Below are positions 10,260 through 18,470 of a stretch of 64,000 nt of DNA, piece by piece. The notes beneath the pieces are model-generated. The model was not told where the DNA came from and searched no databases. It saw only the letters and a program-made list of their open reading frames with translations. This DNA comes from Christensenella sp. UBA1242 (GTDB lineage Bacteria > Bacillota > Clostridia > Christensenellales > UBA1242). The stretch is taken from assembly GCA_002308915.1 (NCBI GenBank), contig DBWI01000024.1, positions 2,004 to 66,003 on the forward strand, in the 5' to 3' direction. The position numbers and the translations under genes were made by a program. Numbering within the stretch: position 1 is the stretch's first letter; the number at the start of each line of letters is the position of its first letter.

Positions 10260-11852
10260 ATGAGCAATTTTATTAGTGCACTTTGTGCAGTTGGTACGAT
10301 TGCTTCTATCTTTATCGGATTAGGTGCTTTGATTGTAGGCTTAGCAGGGGGATATGGCTTAACCTATCTAATCAATACAAAAAAAATGGCCAGAGGTAAA
10401 CAAAAGGCTGTAAAAATTTTGGAAGATGCTTATGCTGAAGCAAAAACCGTAAAAAAAGAAGCAATCCTTGAAGCAAAAGAAGAAATTCACAAACAAAGAT
10501 TGGAGTTCGATCAAGAAGTAAAAGACAGACGTATTGAACTTCAAAAAACAGAAGATAGACTCACTCAAAAAGAAGAGTTTATCGACAAAAAAGATTTAAA
10601 CTTAGACAAAAAACAAGAAGAAATTGATACACAAAAAAAGATAGTTGATGAAAAACTTGTTAAAGTTAACGAAGAACTTGCAAAACAAGAACAAATTAAA
10701 CAAGAGATGATTTCTCAACTTGAAAAAGTTGCAACATTAAAAAAAGAAGATGCAAAGCAAATTCTTATCAATTCTATGGTTGAAGATGCCAAAAAAGAGG
10801 CAGCAAAACTAGTTAAAGCAATTGAAGATGATGCAAATGAACAAGCAACAAAAAAAGCTCAAAATATCGTAAGTCTTGCTATACAAAAATGTGCAACAGA
10901 TGTTGCAGGTGAAATTACTGTAACTTCCGTTTCTATCCCAAATGATGAAATGAAAGGTAGAGTTATTGGAAGAGAAGGAAGAAATATTCGTGCAATTGAA
11001 AATGCAACAGGTGTTGACCTTATAATTGATGATACACCAGAAACAATTACAGTATCTTGCTTTGATCCAATAAGAAGAGAAGTTGCAAGATTATCACTTG
11101 AAAAACTTATTCTTGATGGAAGAATTCATCCAACTCGTATTGAAGAAATTGTAGAAAAAGTACAAAAAGATGTTGACCAAACAATCAAACAAGCAGGTGA
11201 ACAAGCAGTAAACGAAGCTGGAATTTATGGAATGCATCCAGAACTAGTTAAAATATTGGGAAAACTTAAATATAGAACAAGTTATGGACAAAATGTTTTA
11301 AAGCACAGCCTTGAGACTTGTTATATTGCTGGTTTATTGGCTTCAGAAATGGGAGCAAATGTTCAAGTAGCAAAACGTGGTGGACTTTTACATGATATTG
11401 GAAAGGCACTAGACCATGAAATAGATGGAACACACGTTGCAATTGGTGTTGACTTGGCAAAGAAATATAAAGAATCACCAGAAGTAATTCATTGTATTGA
11501 AGCACACCACTTTGATGTTGAATTCCATAGCATAGAAGCAGTTTTGGTTCAAGTTGCTGATGCAATATCAAGTGCAAGACCTGGCGCAAGACGTGAAACT
11601 CTTGATGCTTATGTAAAGAGATTAGAAAAACTTGAAGAAATTTCAAATTCATTCAATGGTGTTGAAAAATCATTTGCAGTTCAAGCAGGTAGAGAAGTTA
11701 GAATTATTGTTAAACCAGAAGAAATCAGTGATGCTGATGCAATGTTCCTTGCAAAAGATATTGCAAAACGAATTGAAGCAGAAATGGAATATCCAGGTCA
11801 AATAAAAGTAAATGTAATTCGTGAAGCAAGATTTAGTGAATTTGCAAAATAA
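10260..11852 (+). CDS. rny: ribonuclease Y
   Basis: 530 aa: N-terminal TM helix, long coiled coil, KH domain ([15 protein letters not shown]) and HD domain (LLHDIGKA...HH). Confidence 0.97.
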   Translation: MSNFISALCAVGTIASIFIGLGALIVGLAGGYGLTYLINTKKMARGKQKAVKILEDAYAEAKTVKKEAILEAKEEIHKQRLEFDQEVKDRRIELQKTEDRLTQKEEFIDKKDLNLDKKQEEIDTQKKIVDEKLVKVNEELAKQEQIKQEMISQLEKVATLKKEDAKQILINSMVEDAKKEAAKLVKAIEDDANEQATKKAQNIVSLAIQKCATDVAGEITVTSVSIPNDEMKGRVIGREGRNIRAIENATGVDLIIDDTPETITVSCFDPIRREVARLSLEKLILDGRIHPTRIEEIVEKVQKDVDQTIKQAGEQAVNEAGIYGMHPELVKILGKLKYRTSYGQNVLKHSLETCYIAGLLASEMGANVQVAKRGGLLHDIGKALDHEIDGTHVAIGVDLAKKYKESPEVIHCIEAHHFDVEFHSIEAVLVQVADAISSARPGARRETLDAYVKRLEKLEEISNSFNGVEKSFAVQAGREVRIIVKPEEISDADAMFLAKDIAKRIEAEMEYPGQIKVNVIREARFSEFAK

Positions 11853-11869
11853 AATAAACAACAAAAAAA

Positions 11870-11900
11870 GACACAACAACCAAGTTGTGCCTTTTTTATT
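11870..11900 (+). terminator. intrinsic terminator after rny (short stem)
   Basis: CACAAC (11872-11877) pairs with GTTGTG (11884-11889), followed by CCTTTTTTATTTTT. Confidence 0.5.
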
Positions 11901-11904
11901 TTTA

Positions 11905-11980
11905 TGGAGCTACTGGCCGGATTCGAACCGGCGACCCACGCATTACGAATGCGTTGCTCTACCAGCTGAGCCACAATAGC
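11905..11980 (-). tRNA. tRNA-Thr (anticodon CGU), CCA encoded
   Basis: Reverse strand reads GCTATTG-TG-GCTC-AGCTGGTA-GAGC-A-ACGCA-TTCGTAA-TGCGT-GGGTC-GCCGG-TTCGAAT-CCGGC-CAGTAGC-T-CCA. This is a full 76-nt cloverleaf with all four stems pairing; anticodon loop TTCGTAA gives CGT. Confidence 0.93.
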
Positions 11981-12035
11981 AACAAAATAAATATATCATA
12001 ACTTTGTATTAAATAAAAGCAAAAACAATATAATT

Positions 12036-12641
12036 TTACATTCTTCTTATTATTCCAACAACTTTACCAAGTATAGTTATGTCTTTTGACACAATAGGTT
12101 GATATAGGGAATTGGCAGGTTGAAGTTTGATTACATTATTTTCTTTTTTATATATTTTTACAGTTGCAGAATTATCTATCATGGCAATTACAATATCTCC
12201 ATTTTCTGCTGTGTTTTGACTATATCCAATAGCAAAATCGCCATTATTAATTCCAATGTCAATCATACTGTCTCCCTTAACTCTAAGAACAAACAGTTTT
12301 GAAGTATCAGTAATATTAAAAAAAGAATTTGATATTGATATATAGTCTTCAATATTTTGTTCAGCCAAAATTGGTGTACCTGCTGCAACTTGCCCAACAA
12401 TAGGCAATGAAACAATTTTTCCAGCACGATTATCGACAACTTCTATTGTTCTACTTTTTAAATTTTGTCTTATAATTGAACCATTGTTTTCCAAAATATC
12501 CAAATACTCTTTAACTGAATTTGTTGACTTTAAGCCAACAGCAGAAGCAATTTCTCTATAAGAAGGTGAGTAACTGTTTTCTTTTGTATAATCAATAAGA
12601 TATTCTAAAATTTCTTTTAGTTTTTGTTCTGATTTTTTCAT
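12036..12641 (-). CDS. lexA: LexA repressor (SOS regulator, S24 peptidase)
   Basis: N-terminal LexA wHTH (SYREIASAVGLKSTNSVKEYLDILENNGSI), cleavage-site region VAAGTPI, and S24 catalytic motifs VKGDSMIDIGI ... K in the C-terminal half. Start set to ATG 12641 (MKKSEQ...). The track's upstream extension is not supported. Confidence 0.93.
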   Translation of the reverse strand: MKKSEQKLKEILEYLIDYTKENSYSPSYREIASAVGLKSTNSVKEYLDILENNGSIIRQNLKSRTIEVVDNRAGKIVSLPIVGQVAAGTPILAEQNIEDYISISNSFFNITDTSKLFVLRVKGDSMIDIGINNGDFAIGYSQNTAENGDIVIAMIDNSATVKIYKKENNVIKLQPANSLYQPIVSKDITILGKVVGIIRRM

Positions 12642-12663
12642 AATTTTATTCCTTTGTAATTCT

Positions 12664-12703
12664 ATTATATAAAAAAAGATTAAAAAAAGCAAACATTTGT
12701 TCT
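12664..12703 (-). promoter_or_regulatory. lexA promoter with overlapping LexA (SOS) box
   Basis: Minus strand reads AGAACAAATGTTTGC (12703-12689; Firmicute GAAC-N4-GTTY box). It overlaps -35 TTGCTT (12692-12687), then 17 nt, then TATAAT (12669-12664). This is the classic autoregulation layout. Confidence 0.75.
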
Positions 12704-12709
12704 ATTTTT

Positions 12710-13750
12710 TTAATCTCTTAATTTAACTTTATTTGCAACACTTCGTCTTATATCTTCACTCATTGCTGCATAATGCTTTTTGGTTGTGTTAACATCTTTA
12801 TGACCAAGCACTTCTGCAACAACATAAATATCTCCAGTTTCTCTATATAAATTTGTACCATATGTACTACGAAGTTTATGTGGTGAAATTTTTTTAAGGG
12901 GAGATGCAATTTGACTATATTTCTTTACTAAATTTTCAACAGCACGAGTAGATATTCTTTTTTTCTGCAAAGAAACAAATAGAGCATTTTCATTTATTAC
13001 ATCTTCCATAAGTTTTTTTCTGTCTTCAAGCCAAGCAAGCAAAGAATCTTTTACTTCATCTGAAAAATATAAAATAACTTGATTTCCACCTTTTCTTGTT
13101 ACCTTAAAACAATTGTTGTCAAAATCTACATCATTTAAGTTAATTCCAACACATTCACTAACTCTTATGCCTGTACCTAAAAACAAAGAAAGCATTGCTA
13201 CATCACGAGTTTTTGTGTGTTGATTAAAGGCCTGTTGCATCTTTGTCATGTGCTCAGGTGTTTCTGCTTCATTAATTAATTTACAAACTTCATCAACTTC
13301 AAGCCTTACAATCTCTTTTGTATGAATTTTTGGAGAGGTGAGCTTTGAAGCAACATCAACAGATAAATTTTCATTTTTAAAGTTATATTTAAAAAAACTT
13401 TTGATTGAAGCAATTTTTCTTGCTTTGCCTTTTTCGCCATTATGATATGTTTTTCCATTAAACTCATGATAAGACAAATAACTTACATATTGTTCTAAAT
13501 CACGCACTTTTAATTTTTCTAAATCAGAATAGGTGATACTCTTGACCGGCTTAAAAAACAAATTTTTTGATAGATAATCAAAAAAAATCTCCAAATCACG
13601 ACTATAATTCAATCGTGTCAAAGGTGATGTATAATTTTCTATACCCAAAAAATAATCTAAGCAAAAGTCTGGTAAGTTTTCCAAATTTTTGCTTAAACCT
13701 TCTATACTTTTTTTATTCCTTTGCAATATGTAACTACTCATAATTAACAT
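12710..13750 (-). CDS. tyrosine-type site-specific recombinase (XerC/XerD/phage-integrase family)
   Basis: N-terminal SAM-like domain. C-terminal catalytic motifs LFLGTGIRVSE (Arg), HKLRSTYGTNL (H-x-x-R) and LGHKDVNTTKKHY (His...Tyr). The start could be 13750 or 13741. Confidence 0.85.
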   Translation of the reverse strand: MLIMSSYILQRNKKSIEGLSKNLENLPDFCLDYFLGIENYTSPLTRLNYSRDLEIFFDYLSKNLFFKPVKSITYSDLEKLKVRDLEQYVSYLSYHEFNGKTYHNGEKGKARKIASIKSFFKYNFKNENLSVDVASKLTSPKIHTKEIVRLEVDEVCKLINEAETPEHMTKMQQAFNQHTKTRDVAMLSLFLGTGIRVSECVGINLNDVDFDNNCFKVTRKGGNQVILYFSDEVKDSLLAWLEDRKKLMEDVINENALFVSLQKKRISTRAVENLVKKYSQIASPLKKISPHKLRSTYGTNLYRETGDIYVVAEVLGHKDVNTTKKHYAAMSEDIRRSVANKVKLRD

Positions 13751-13791
13751 TGTAATTATAACAAATTATTTATCTTAATACAATCAAAATT

Positions 13792-13820
13792 TTGACTATT
13801 TTAATTTGCTGTGGTATTAT
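13792..13820 (+). promoter_or_regulatory. extended -10 promoter placing the TSS at or next to the ATG of the 13827 gene
   Basis: TTGACT (13792-13797), 17 nt, TGg-TATTAT (13812-13820). The ATG at 13827 lies 7 nt after the -10 and has no Shine-Dalgarno. Confidence 0.5.
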
Positions 13821-13826
13821 AATAAT

Positions 13827-14804
13827 ATGAAAAACAAAATTACTGTTTTTGATGAAAAGTACATTAACACATTTGCAAAACAAATAGATACACAATATGT
13901 TGATAATGCATATGAATATGTATGCAATATTTTGAATACTGCAATTGATGAACTATGTAAAAAAAGACCGATTATTGCAGATTACGAAACTGAAATTGTA
14001 AACGAATGTGCAACATTTAGTGAAAATTCAAAATCATCACTTGACATCTTTTTATCAATAAAATCACCACAACTAGAACTAAGCGTTCTTAAACTTAACA
14101 ACAACATATTAAAAAAGGTGAACTTGCGTTTTAAAAATGCTTGGCATGCAACTATGAAACCAAAAAACAAAAGAAGGTGGTTTAACTTTTTTAAGAAAGA
14201 CAAAAAGAAAAAAGATGATGAGATTAGCAATAAAAACTTAACTATAAATAATGACAAATACAATATAATCAATTTTGAAGTAGATTTGGTAAGTGAAATG
14301 GCCAAAAACTTAACTGAACAAACTCAATTATACGTAAATAACTATGGAATAACAATATTAGGTGAAGAAGAAATTGGAATGAATGTTAATATTTATGTTA
14401 CATTCCAAAATGGCGAAGAACTTAAAATCTTTAATTCAAACGAATATAGATTAACAACAATTGATTTTGGTTCTCGTATGCAAAATATCGAATCTAAGAA
14501 CAACGCAACAAACTATGCTTTTAGAACAATTTTAAGAATTTTTAATGGAATGTTTGCAAACTTAATGAACTACAAACTTAATCAAATATTCATTGAAAGC
14601 ATCTTGTATAACTGTCCAGATGAATTATTTAAAGGAACAACATATCAAGCTTTCTTAAAAATTGTTAATTATATAAACATAAGTAACTATCAAAATTTTA
14701 AATCAATTACAAACTCAAACTTAAATATATTTGACGACAATTTGGTTACAATCAGTTATTATGAATTTAACAAATTTATCAAATTAATGGCAAAACTTAT
14801 CTAA
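13827..14804 (+). CDS. hypothetical protein; by eye resembles a pol-beta-superfamily nucleotidyltransferase (SMODS/CD-NTase/OAS-like) with degenerate catalytic residues
   Basis: Start set to the only nearby ATG (MKNKITVFDEKY...). The expected G[GS]...DxD position reads ATFSENSKSSLDIFLSI (one Asp). The later acidic strand reads MNVNIYVTF. The C-terminal helices AFRTILRIFNGMF and IFIESILYNCPDELF resemble the NTase helical lobe. A Lys-rich insert is present (KPKNKRRWFNFFKKDKKKKDD). Confidence 0.35.
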   Translation: MKNKITVFDEKYINTFAKQIDTQYVDNAYEYVCNILNTAIDELCKKRPIIADYETEIVNECATFSENSKSSLDIFLSIKSPQLELSVLKLNNNILKKVNLRFKNAWHATMKPKNKRRWFNFFKKDKKKKDDEISNKNLTINNDKYNIINFEVDLVSEMAKNLTEQTQLYVNNYGITILGEEEIGMNVNIYVTFQNGEELKIFNSNEYRLTTIDFGSRMQNIESKNNATNYAFRTILRIFNGMFANLMNYKLNQIFIESILYNCPDELFKGTTYQAFLKIVNYINISNYQNFKSITNSNLNIFDDNLVTISYYEFNKFIKLMAKLI

Positions 14805-14826
14805 ATTTGTGTTAAAATAGGTATAA

Positions 14827-14862
14827 CTATTCGCAAAAGCTGTCTTTTGCGAATAGTTTTTA
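14827..14862 (+). terminator. intrinsic terminator between convergent genes
   Basis: Perfect 13-bp stem CTATTCGCAAAAG / CTTTTGCGAATAG with loop CTGT, followed by TTTTTA. Confidence 0.85.
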
Positions 14863-14899
14863 TTTATGCTTTAATACAATTTTTACTTCCCCTAACTTA

Positions 14900-15547
14900 T
14901 TAAAACAAATCTAAAACAAAATTATTTTGACTAATTTCTTTCTTTATTTGCCTGTAATTACTCAAATGTTTTTGTACCAAACTCCAAAAATATTTGCTAT
15001 GGTTCATATATTTTAAGTGGCATAGTTCATGTATACAAACATAATCAATACAACTTTGTGAAAGCATTATCATTCTAAAATTTAGTCTAATTTCCTTTTC
15101 GCTATTGCAACTGCCCCATTTCTTTCTTGCTGATATAATTTTTGTTGATTTATATCTTAAATCACAATATTCTGAAAGATGTGAAATCCTCGGTAAAATA
15201 AGGGATTTAGCCATTTTTAGTAACCATTTTTTGATGACATTTTGAGCGCTACTACCCTTCCTGTATGGTATTAAATAATCACCAATTTGAATATTATTTT
15301 CAACATATTTTATCTCATATGTAGTACCTAAAAACATTATTTTACTATAATTATAAAACTCTTTGTGTTCACTATACCTTTGTTGTACCTTTGCTATGCC
15401 TTTTTGTATCCATTCTTCTTTTTCTTCTAATATTTTATTAACTTGATTATCTGAATACCTTAATGGGCAATTAACTTGTACTTCTCCACTATTTAATATC
15501 TTTATCGATATCGTTCTTCTTCTACTTCTTTTAACTACTACTTTCAT
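14900..15547 (-). CDS. YgjP-like (DUF45/M48-related) zinc metallohydrolase
   Basis: HELCHL...NHS..FW zinc motif near the C-terminus. The family-typical N-terminus is MKVVVKRSRRRTISIKILNSGEVQV. Start set to ATG 15547; the 29-aa upstream extension in the track is non-homologous. Confidence 0.75.
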   Translation of the reverse strand: MKVVVKRSRRRTISIKILNSGEVQVNCPLRYSDNQVNKILEEKEEWIQKGIAKVQQRYSEHKEFYNYSKIMFLGTTYEIKYVENNIQIGDYLIPYRKGSSAQNVIKKWLLKMAKSLILPRISHLSEYCDLRYKSTKIISARKKWGSCNSEKEIRLNFRMIMLSQSCIDYVCIHELCHLKYMNHSKYFWSLVQKHLSNYRQIKKEISQNNFVLDLF

Positions 15548-15554
15548 ATTTTCT

Positions 15555-15583
15555 ATTATATACCAAAATATGGTACTATGCAA
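15555..15583 (-). promoter_or_regulatory. candidate promoter giving a leaderless or near-leaderless ygjP-like mRNA
   Basis: Minus strand: TTGCAT (15583-15578), 17 nt, TATAAT (15560-15555) preceded by TGG. Only 7 nt (AGAAAAT, no SD) separate the -10 from ATG 15547. Confidence 0.45.
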
Positions 15584-15608
15584 AATAAAAATATGTACTA
15601 TGCAAAAA
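15565..15608. repeat. tandem direct repeat in the divergent ygjP-like / padR-like promoter region
   Basis: AAAATATGGTACTATGCAAAA (15565-15585) and AAAAATATGTACTATGCAAAAA (15587-15608). They are near-identical ~21-nt units with ~23-nt periodicity. The proximal copy overlaps the -35/spacer of the ygjP-like promoter. Confidence 0.8.
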
Positions 15609-15627
15609 CAGAATACCCTTAAAAACA

Positions 15628-15657
15628 TTGACAATTAGCTACTTTTTTGTTTATACT
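15628..15657 (+). promoter_or_regulatory. sigma-A-type promoter for the PadR-like gene
   Basis: TTGACA (15628-15633), 18 nt, TATACT (15652-15657). GAGG SD at 15675-15678 precedes ATG 15686. Confidence 0.6.
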
Positions 15658-15685
15658 TTAAAAGAAATATATATGAGGTCAAAAA

Positions 15686-17593
15686 ATGGCAAAAGAAGAA
15701 CTACCAAGAGGTCAATTATCCACTATAATTCTTTCAACATTATTGGATAATGACAAATATGGTTATGAAATAATAGAATTAATAAGAGAAAAAACCAATG
15801 GAGATGTAAATATTAAACAACCTAGTTTGTACAGCAGTTTAAAGAGAATGCAAGATCAAGGTCTTATTTCATCTTATTGGAGAGATAGCGAAATTGGTGG
15901 CAGAAGACACTATTACAGCATTACTGATTATGGAAAAAAATATGCTGAAAAATGGCAAGCTGATTGGACAAGTGAAAATATAAAGAATACTAACAAAACT
16001 AAAACTGTAGAAGAAACAGAAAAGCATGAAGACAATAAGCCAAAAGGTTTTGTTCAATATGACCTATTCTCTAACCCAACATTAATAAGTGAGCCTTCTG
16101 ATGAAGTATTTGATTCAATCAAAAAATTACGTCAAGAAGCTGACAATGAACAAATTCCTGAGTCTGCGGACAATATGATTAATTCATTAAGAAATACTGG
16201 AGTAACAAATAACACAACAGACTCACCTGCACCAATTGACCTTAGCAAAGAATTTTCTCAATTAAAGAAAAATCAAAAAAGTTTTTCTGAATCAATTAAA
16301 AGCAACGAAACACAAATATTTGAAAATAATAGTTTTTATGTACACAATGAAGCAAACGACTATTACGAAAATCAGAAATCAAACAATGACAATATTCAAT
16401 TGGACTTAAATGAACAAAATAATGTTTACAAAGAAGAAAATAATATCTTTGAACAAAACAATGAATCTAATGACAATGTCGAAGTTCCAGTTGATGAAAA
16501 ACCTACAATTTTTCAAGACACAAAGCAATTTATTGAAACATATGATGAAAATGAAAATAGTGATTCATTATCTACAGAATTTATTGATTTAAATAATATT
16601 AGCTTTTCTTCCTTAAATGCAGCAGAACCACAAGAACCTACAAACGAAGAGTTTGAGGAAAATTTTGAAGATAATAACAATAATATTGATGTTATCAATA
16701 ATGAAAAAGACTATTCACCTATTTTGGAAGAAAATGAAGAACAACCTATTAAAGATAATCAACCTAGTTTTGAAACAAAAGATGATGCGATATACATAAC
16801 TGAACGATTAAATTTTGAAACTTTGCCAAAAGTTAAAAAGATTGAACCAAATCGTTTTGAAAAATACGCACAACACAATTCATCATTTGATAAGAAATTA
16901 ACACAGCTTTATGAAAATAGATACAATAACTCATATGAAACTGAAAATAAAACACCTGTTGATTATGCTGAAGAAATAAAAGAAACATATGATAACAATG
17001 CAAGTGAACAAGAAGTTGAGTACGAAAACAAAGCAAACTATACTTCTAATGTACAAGAATTTGATAATGTAAGAAAAAATTATAATTCATTGACTGATTT
17101 GCAAAGATATTATAATTCACAAAAAATTAAGTTTGGTATTTATGACAAACAAAATAAAACTCTTGATCAATCAAATTATGTCAAAATCAACAAATTAAAC
17201 TTACTATCATTTTCCTGTATTTCAATTATAGCAATCTTAGAATCACTAATAATGTTTCTTGCTAATATGACTTTGCAACAATCTTGGAACTGGTTATATA
17301 TTATCGTTCCTATCGCCTTTATTGGATTTACTGTTTTCTTTGTTATAAAATACTTAAAAGAAAAAAACAAGCTAACTCCAAAATATGGTGTGCAAAATAA
17401 CAATTGGATGTATAACATTATTTTCTTTATTGTTGCATCCCTTATATTATTCTCATTAAATATTTTGTTTGGAATGGATTTATCACAAGTAGGAAAATAT
17501 GCGACAACATTATGGTACTTAATTTTAATGGCTTCTAACTATGCTTTACTTCCACTTGCAAATTATGTACTAATAAAGTTAAAATTGATTTAA
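15686..17593 (+). CDS. PadR-family winged-helix regulator fused to a long low-complexity linker and a C-terminal multi-pass membrane anchor
   Basis: Residues ~1-95 match PadR (GQLSTIILSTLLDNDKYGYEII...KQPSLYSSLKRMQDQGLISSYW...RRHYYSITDYGKKY). About 400 aa of N/D/E/Q-rich sequence follow. About four hydrophobic helices lie in the last ~130 aa (LLSFSCISIIAILESLIMFLA, WLYIIVPIAFIGFTVFFVI, IIFFIVASLILFSLNILFG, LWYLILMASNYALLPLANYVLI). Confidence 0.7.
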   Translation: MAKEELPRGQLSTIILSTLLDNDKYGYEIIELIREKTNGDVNIKQPSLYSSLKRMQDQGLISSYWRDSEIGGRRHYYSITDYGKKYAEKWQADWTSENIKNTNKTKTVEETEKHEDNKPKGFVQYDLFSNPTLISEPSDEVFDSIKKLRQEADNEQIPESADNMINSLRNTGVTNNTTDSPAPIDLSKEFSQLKKNQKSFSESIKSNETQIFENNSFYVHNEANDYYENQKSNNDNIQLDLNEQNNVYKEENNIFEQNNESNDNVEVPVDEKPTIFQDTKQFIETYDENENSDSLSTEFIDLNNISFSSLNAAEPQEPTNEEFEENFEDNNNNIDVINNEKDYSPILEENEEQPIKDNQPSFETKDDAIYITERLNFETLPKVKKIEPNRFEKYAQHNSSFDKKLTQLYENRYNNSYETENKTPVDYAEEIKETYDNNASEQEVEYENKANYTSNVQEFDNVRKNYNSLTDLQRYYNSQKIKFGIYDKQNKTLDQSNYVKINKLNLLSFSCISIIAILESLIMFLANMTLQQSWNWLYIIVPIAFIGFTVFFVIKYLKEKNKLTPKYGVQNNNWMYNIIFFIVASLILFSLNILFGMDLSQVGKYATTLWYLILMASNYALLPLANYVLIKLKLI

Positions 17594-17627
17594 TAAAAAA
17601 AACCACAAAAAATGTGGTTTTTTTGTT
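17594..17627. terminator. bidirectional intrinsic terminator
   Basis: AACCACA (17601-17607) pairs with TGTGGTT (17613-17619), flanked by an A-run upstream and a T-run downstream. Lies between convergent genes. Confidence 0.75.
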
Positions 17628-17632
17628 TACAT

Positions 17633-18361
17633 TTATAATATAAACCCTCCATCCAAAGTAATAATTTGGCCAGTAATATAATCACCTTTTTCAACCAAAA
17701 ACTCAACCAAATCAAAAACTTCACTAGGTTCTCCAAATCTCTGCACTAATATAGATTTTTTTAATTCGTTTTTTTCTTCATGAGATAAGTTATTATTCAT
17801 ATCTGTGTCAATAACACCTGGACATATTGCATTAACAGTTATATTCGAATATCCATATTCTTTTGCCAATGCTTTTGTTAATCCTATTATACCTGCTTTT
17901 GATGCAGAATATGTTGCCTCCATACTTGCACCAACTTGCCCCCATATTGATGATATATTGATTATTTTACCATAATTATTTGCAACCATATTAGGTAAAA
18001 CAGCTTTACAAGTGTTTAGACATCCAACAAGATTAGTATTTATAATATCGAAAGTTTTTTCATTTGTTTCATCAATAAACAAACCCTTATTGCTTATGCC
18101 TGCATTATTTACTAAAACATCAATATGACCAAAAGCATTTATAAATTGATTGACTATATTTTTTACATCAGCATCATTGCCAACATCACCTTTTAGCAAG
18201 ATGGCATTACCACCATTATCAATTATTTTGTTATAAACTTCTTTTGCATCTTTATCTGATTGTTTATAGTTAATGCCAACGCAATAACCTTTTTTTGCAA
18301 AACCTTCTGCAATAGCTTTACCTATTCCCCTAGATGCACCAGTAATTAGAATTGTTTTCAT
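17633..18361 (-). CDS. SDR-family oxidoreductase (3-oxoacyl-ACP reductase-like)
   Basis: TGASRGIGKAIA cofactor motif, NNAG, and catalytic S...YSASK. Start set to ATG 18361 (MKTILITG). Confidence 0.85.
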   Translation of the reverse strand: MKTILITGASRGIGKAIAEGFAKKGYCVGINYKQSDKDAKEVYNKIIDNGGNAILLKGDVGNDADVKNIVNQFINAFGHIDVLVNNAGISNKGLFIDETNEKTFDIINTNLVGCLNTCKAVLPNMVANNYGKIINISSIWGQVGASMEATYSASKAGIIGLTKALAKEYGYSNITVNAICPGVIDTDMNNNLSHEEKNELKKSILVQRFGEPSEVFDLVEFLVEKGDYITGQIITLDGGFIL

Positions 18362-18420
18362 TTTGTCTCCTAATAAAATACTAATATATTTGAAAGTAAA
18401 CATCAAGCAATTTATTGTTA

Positions 18421-18449
18421 TTGACAAAAGCATTTTATCATTATATAAT
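18421..18449 (+). promoter_or_regulatory. consensus sigma-A promoter
   Basis: TTGACA (18421-18426), exactly 17 nt, TATAAT (18444-18449). Lies 22 nt upstream of ATG 18471, which has a GAAGGATGGTGG SD. Confidence 0.75.
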
Positions 18450-18470
18450 ATATTTGAAGGATGGTGGATT

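Noticed and set aside
11905-13750. The combination of a tRNA-Thr gene, an S24-peptidase repressor and a tyrosine recombinase in a row looked like the edge of an integrated phage or ICE (tRNA attachment site, integrase, CI-like repressor).
   Set aside because: The repressor has a bona fide LexA N-terminal wHTH and an autoregulatory GAAC-N4-GTTT SOS box overlapping its own -35. I found no repeat of the tRNA 3' end anywhere in 12-19 kb, and no other phage or conjugation genes follow. A Xer-like recombinase next to lexA is most simply a chromosomal arrangement.
16000-17150. The Asn/Asp/Glu-rich middle of the PadR-like gene looked at first like a DNA tandem repeat or array.
   Set aside because: No fixed-length unit or spacer structure is present. 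It is compositionally biased coding sequence in a single open frame, not a CRISPR or minisatellite.
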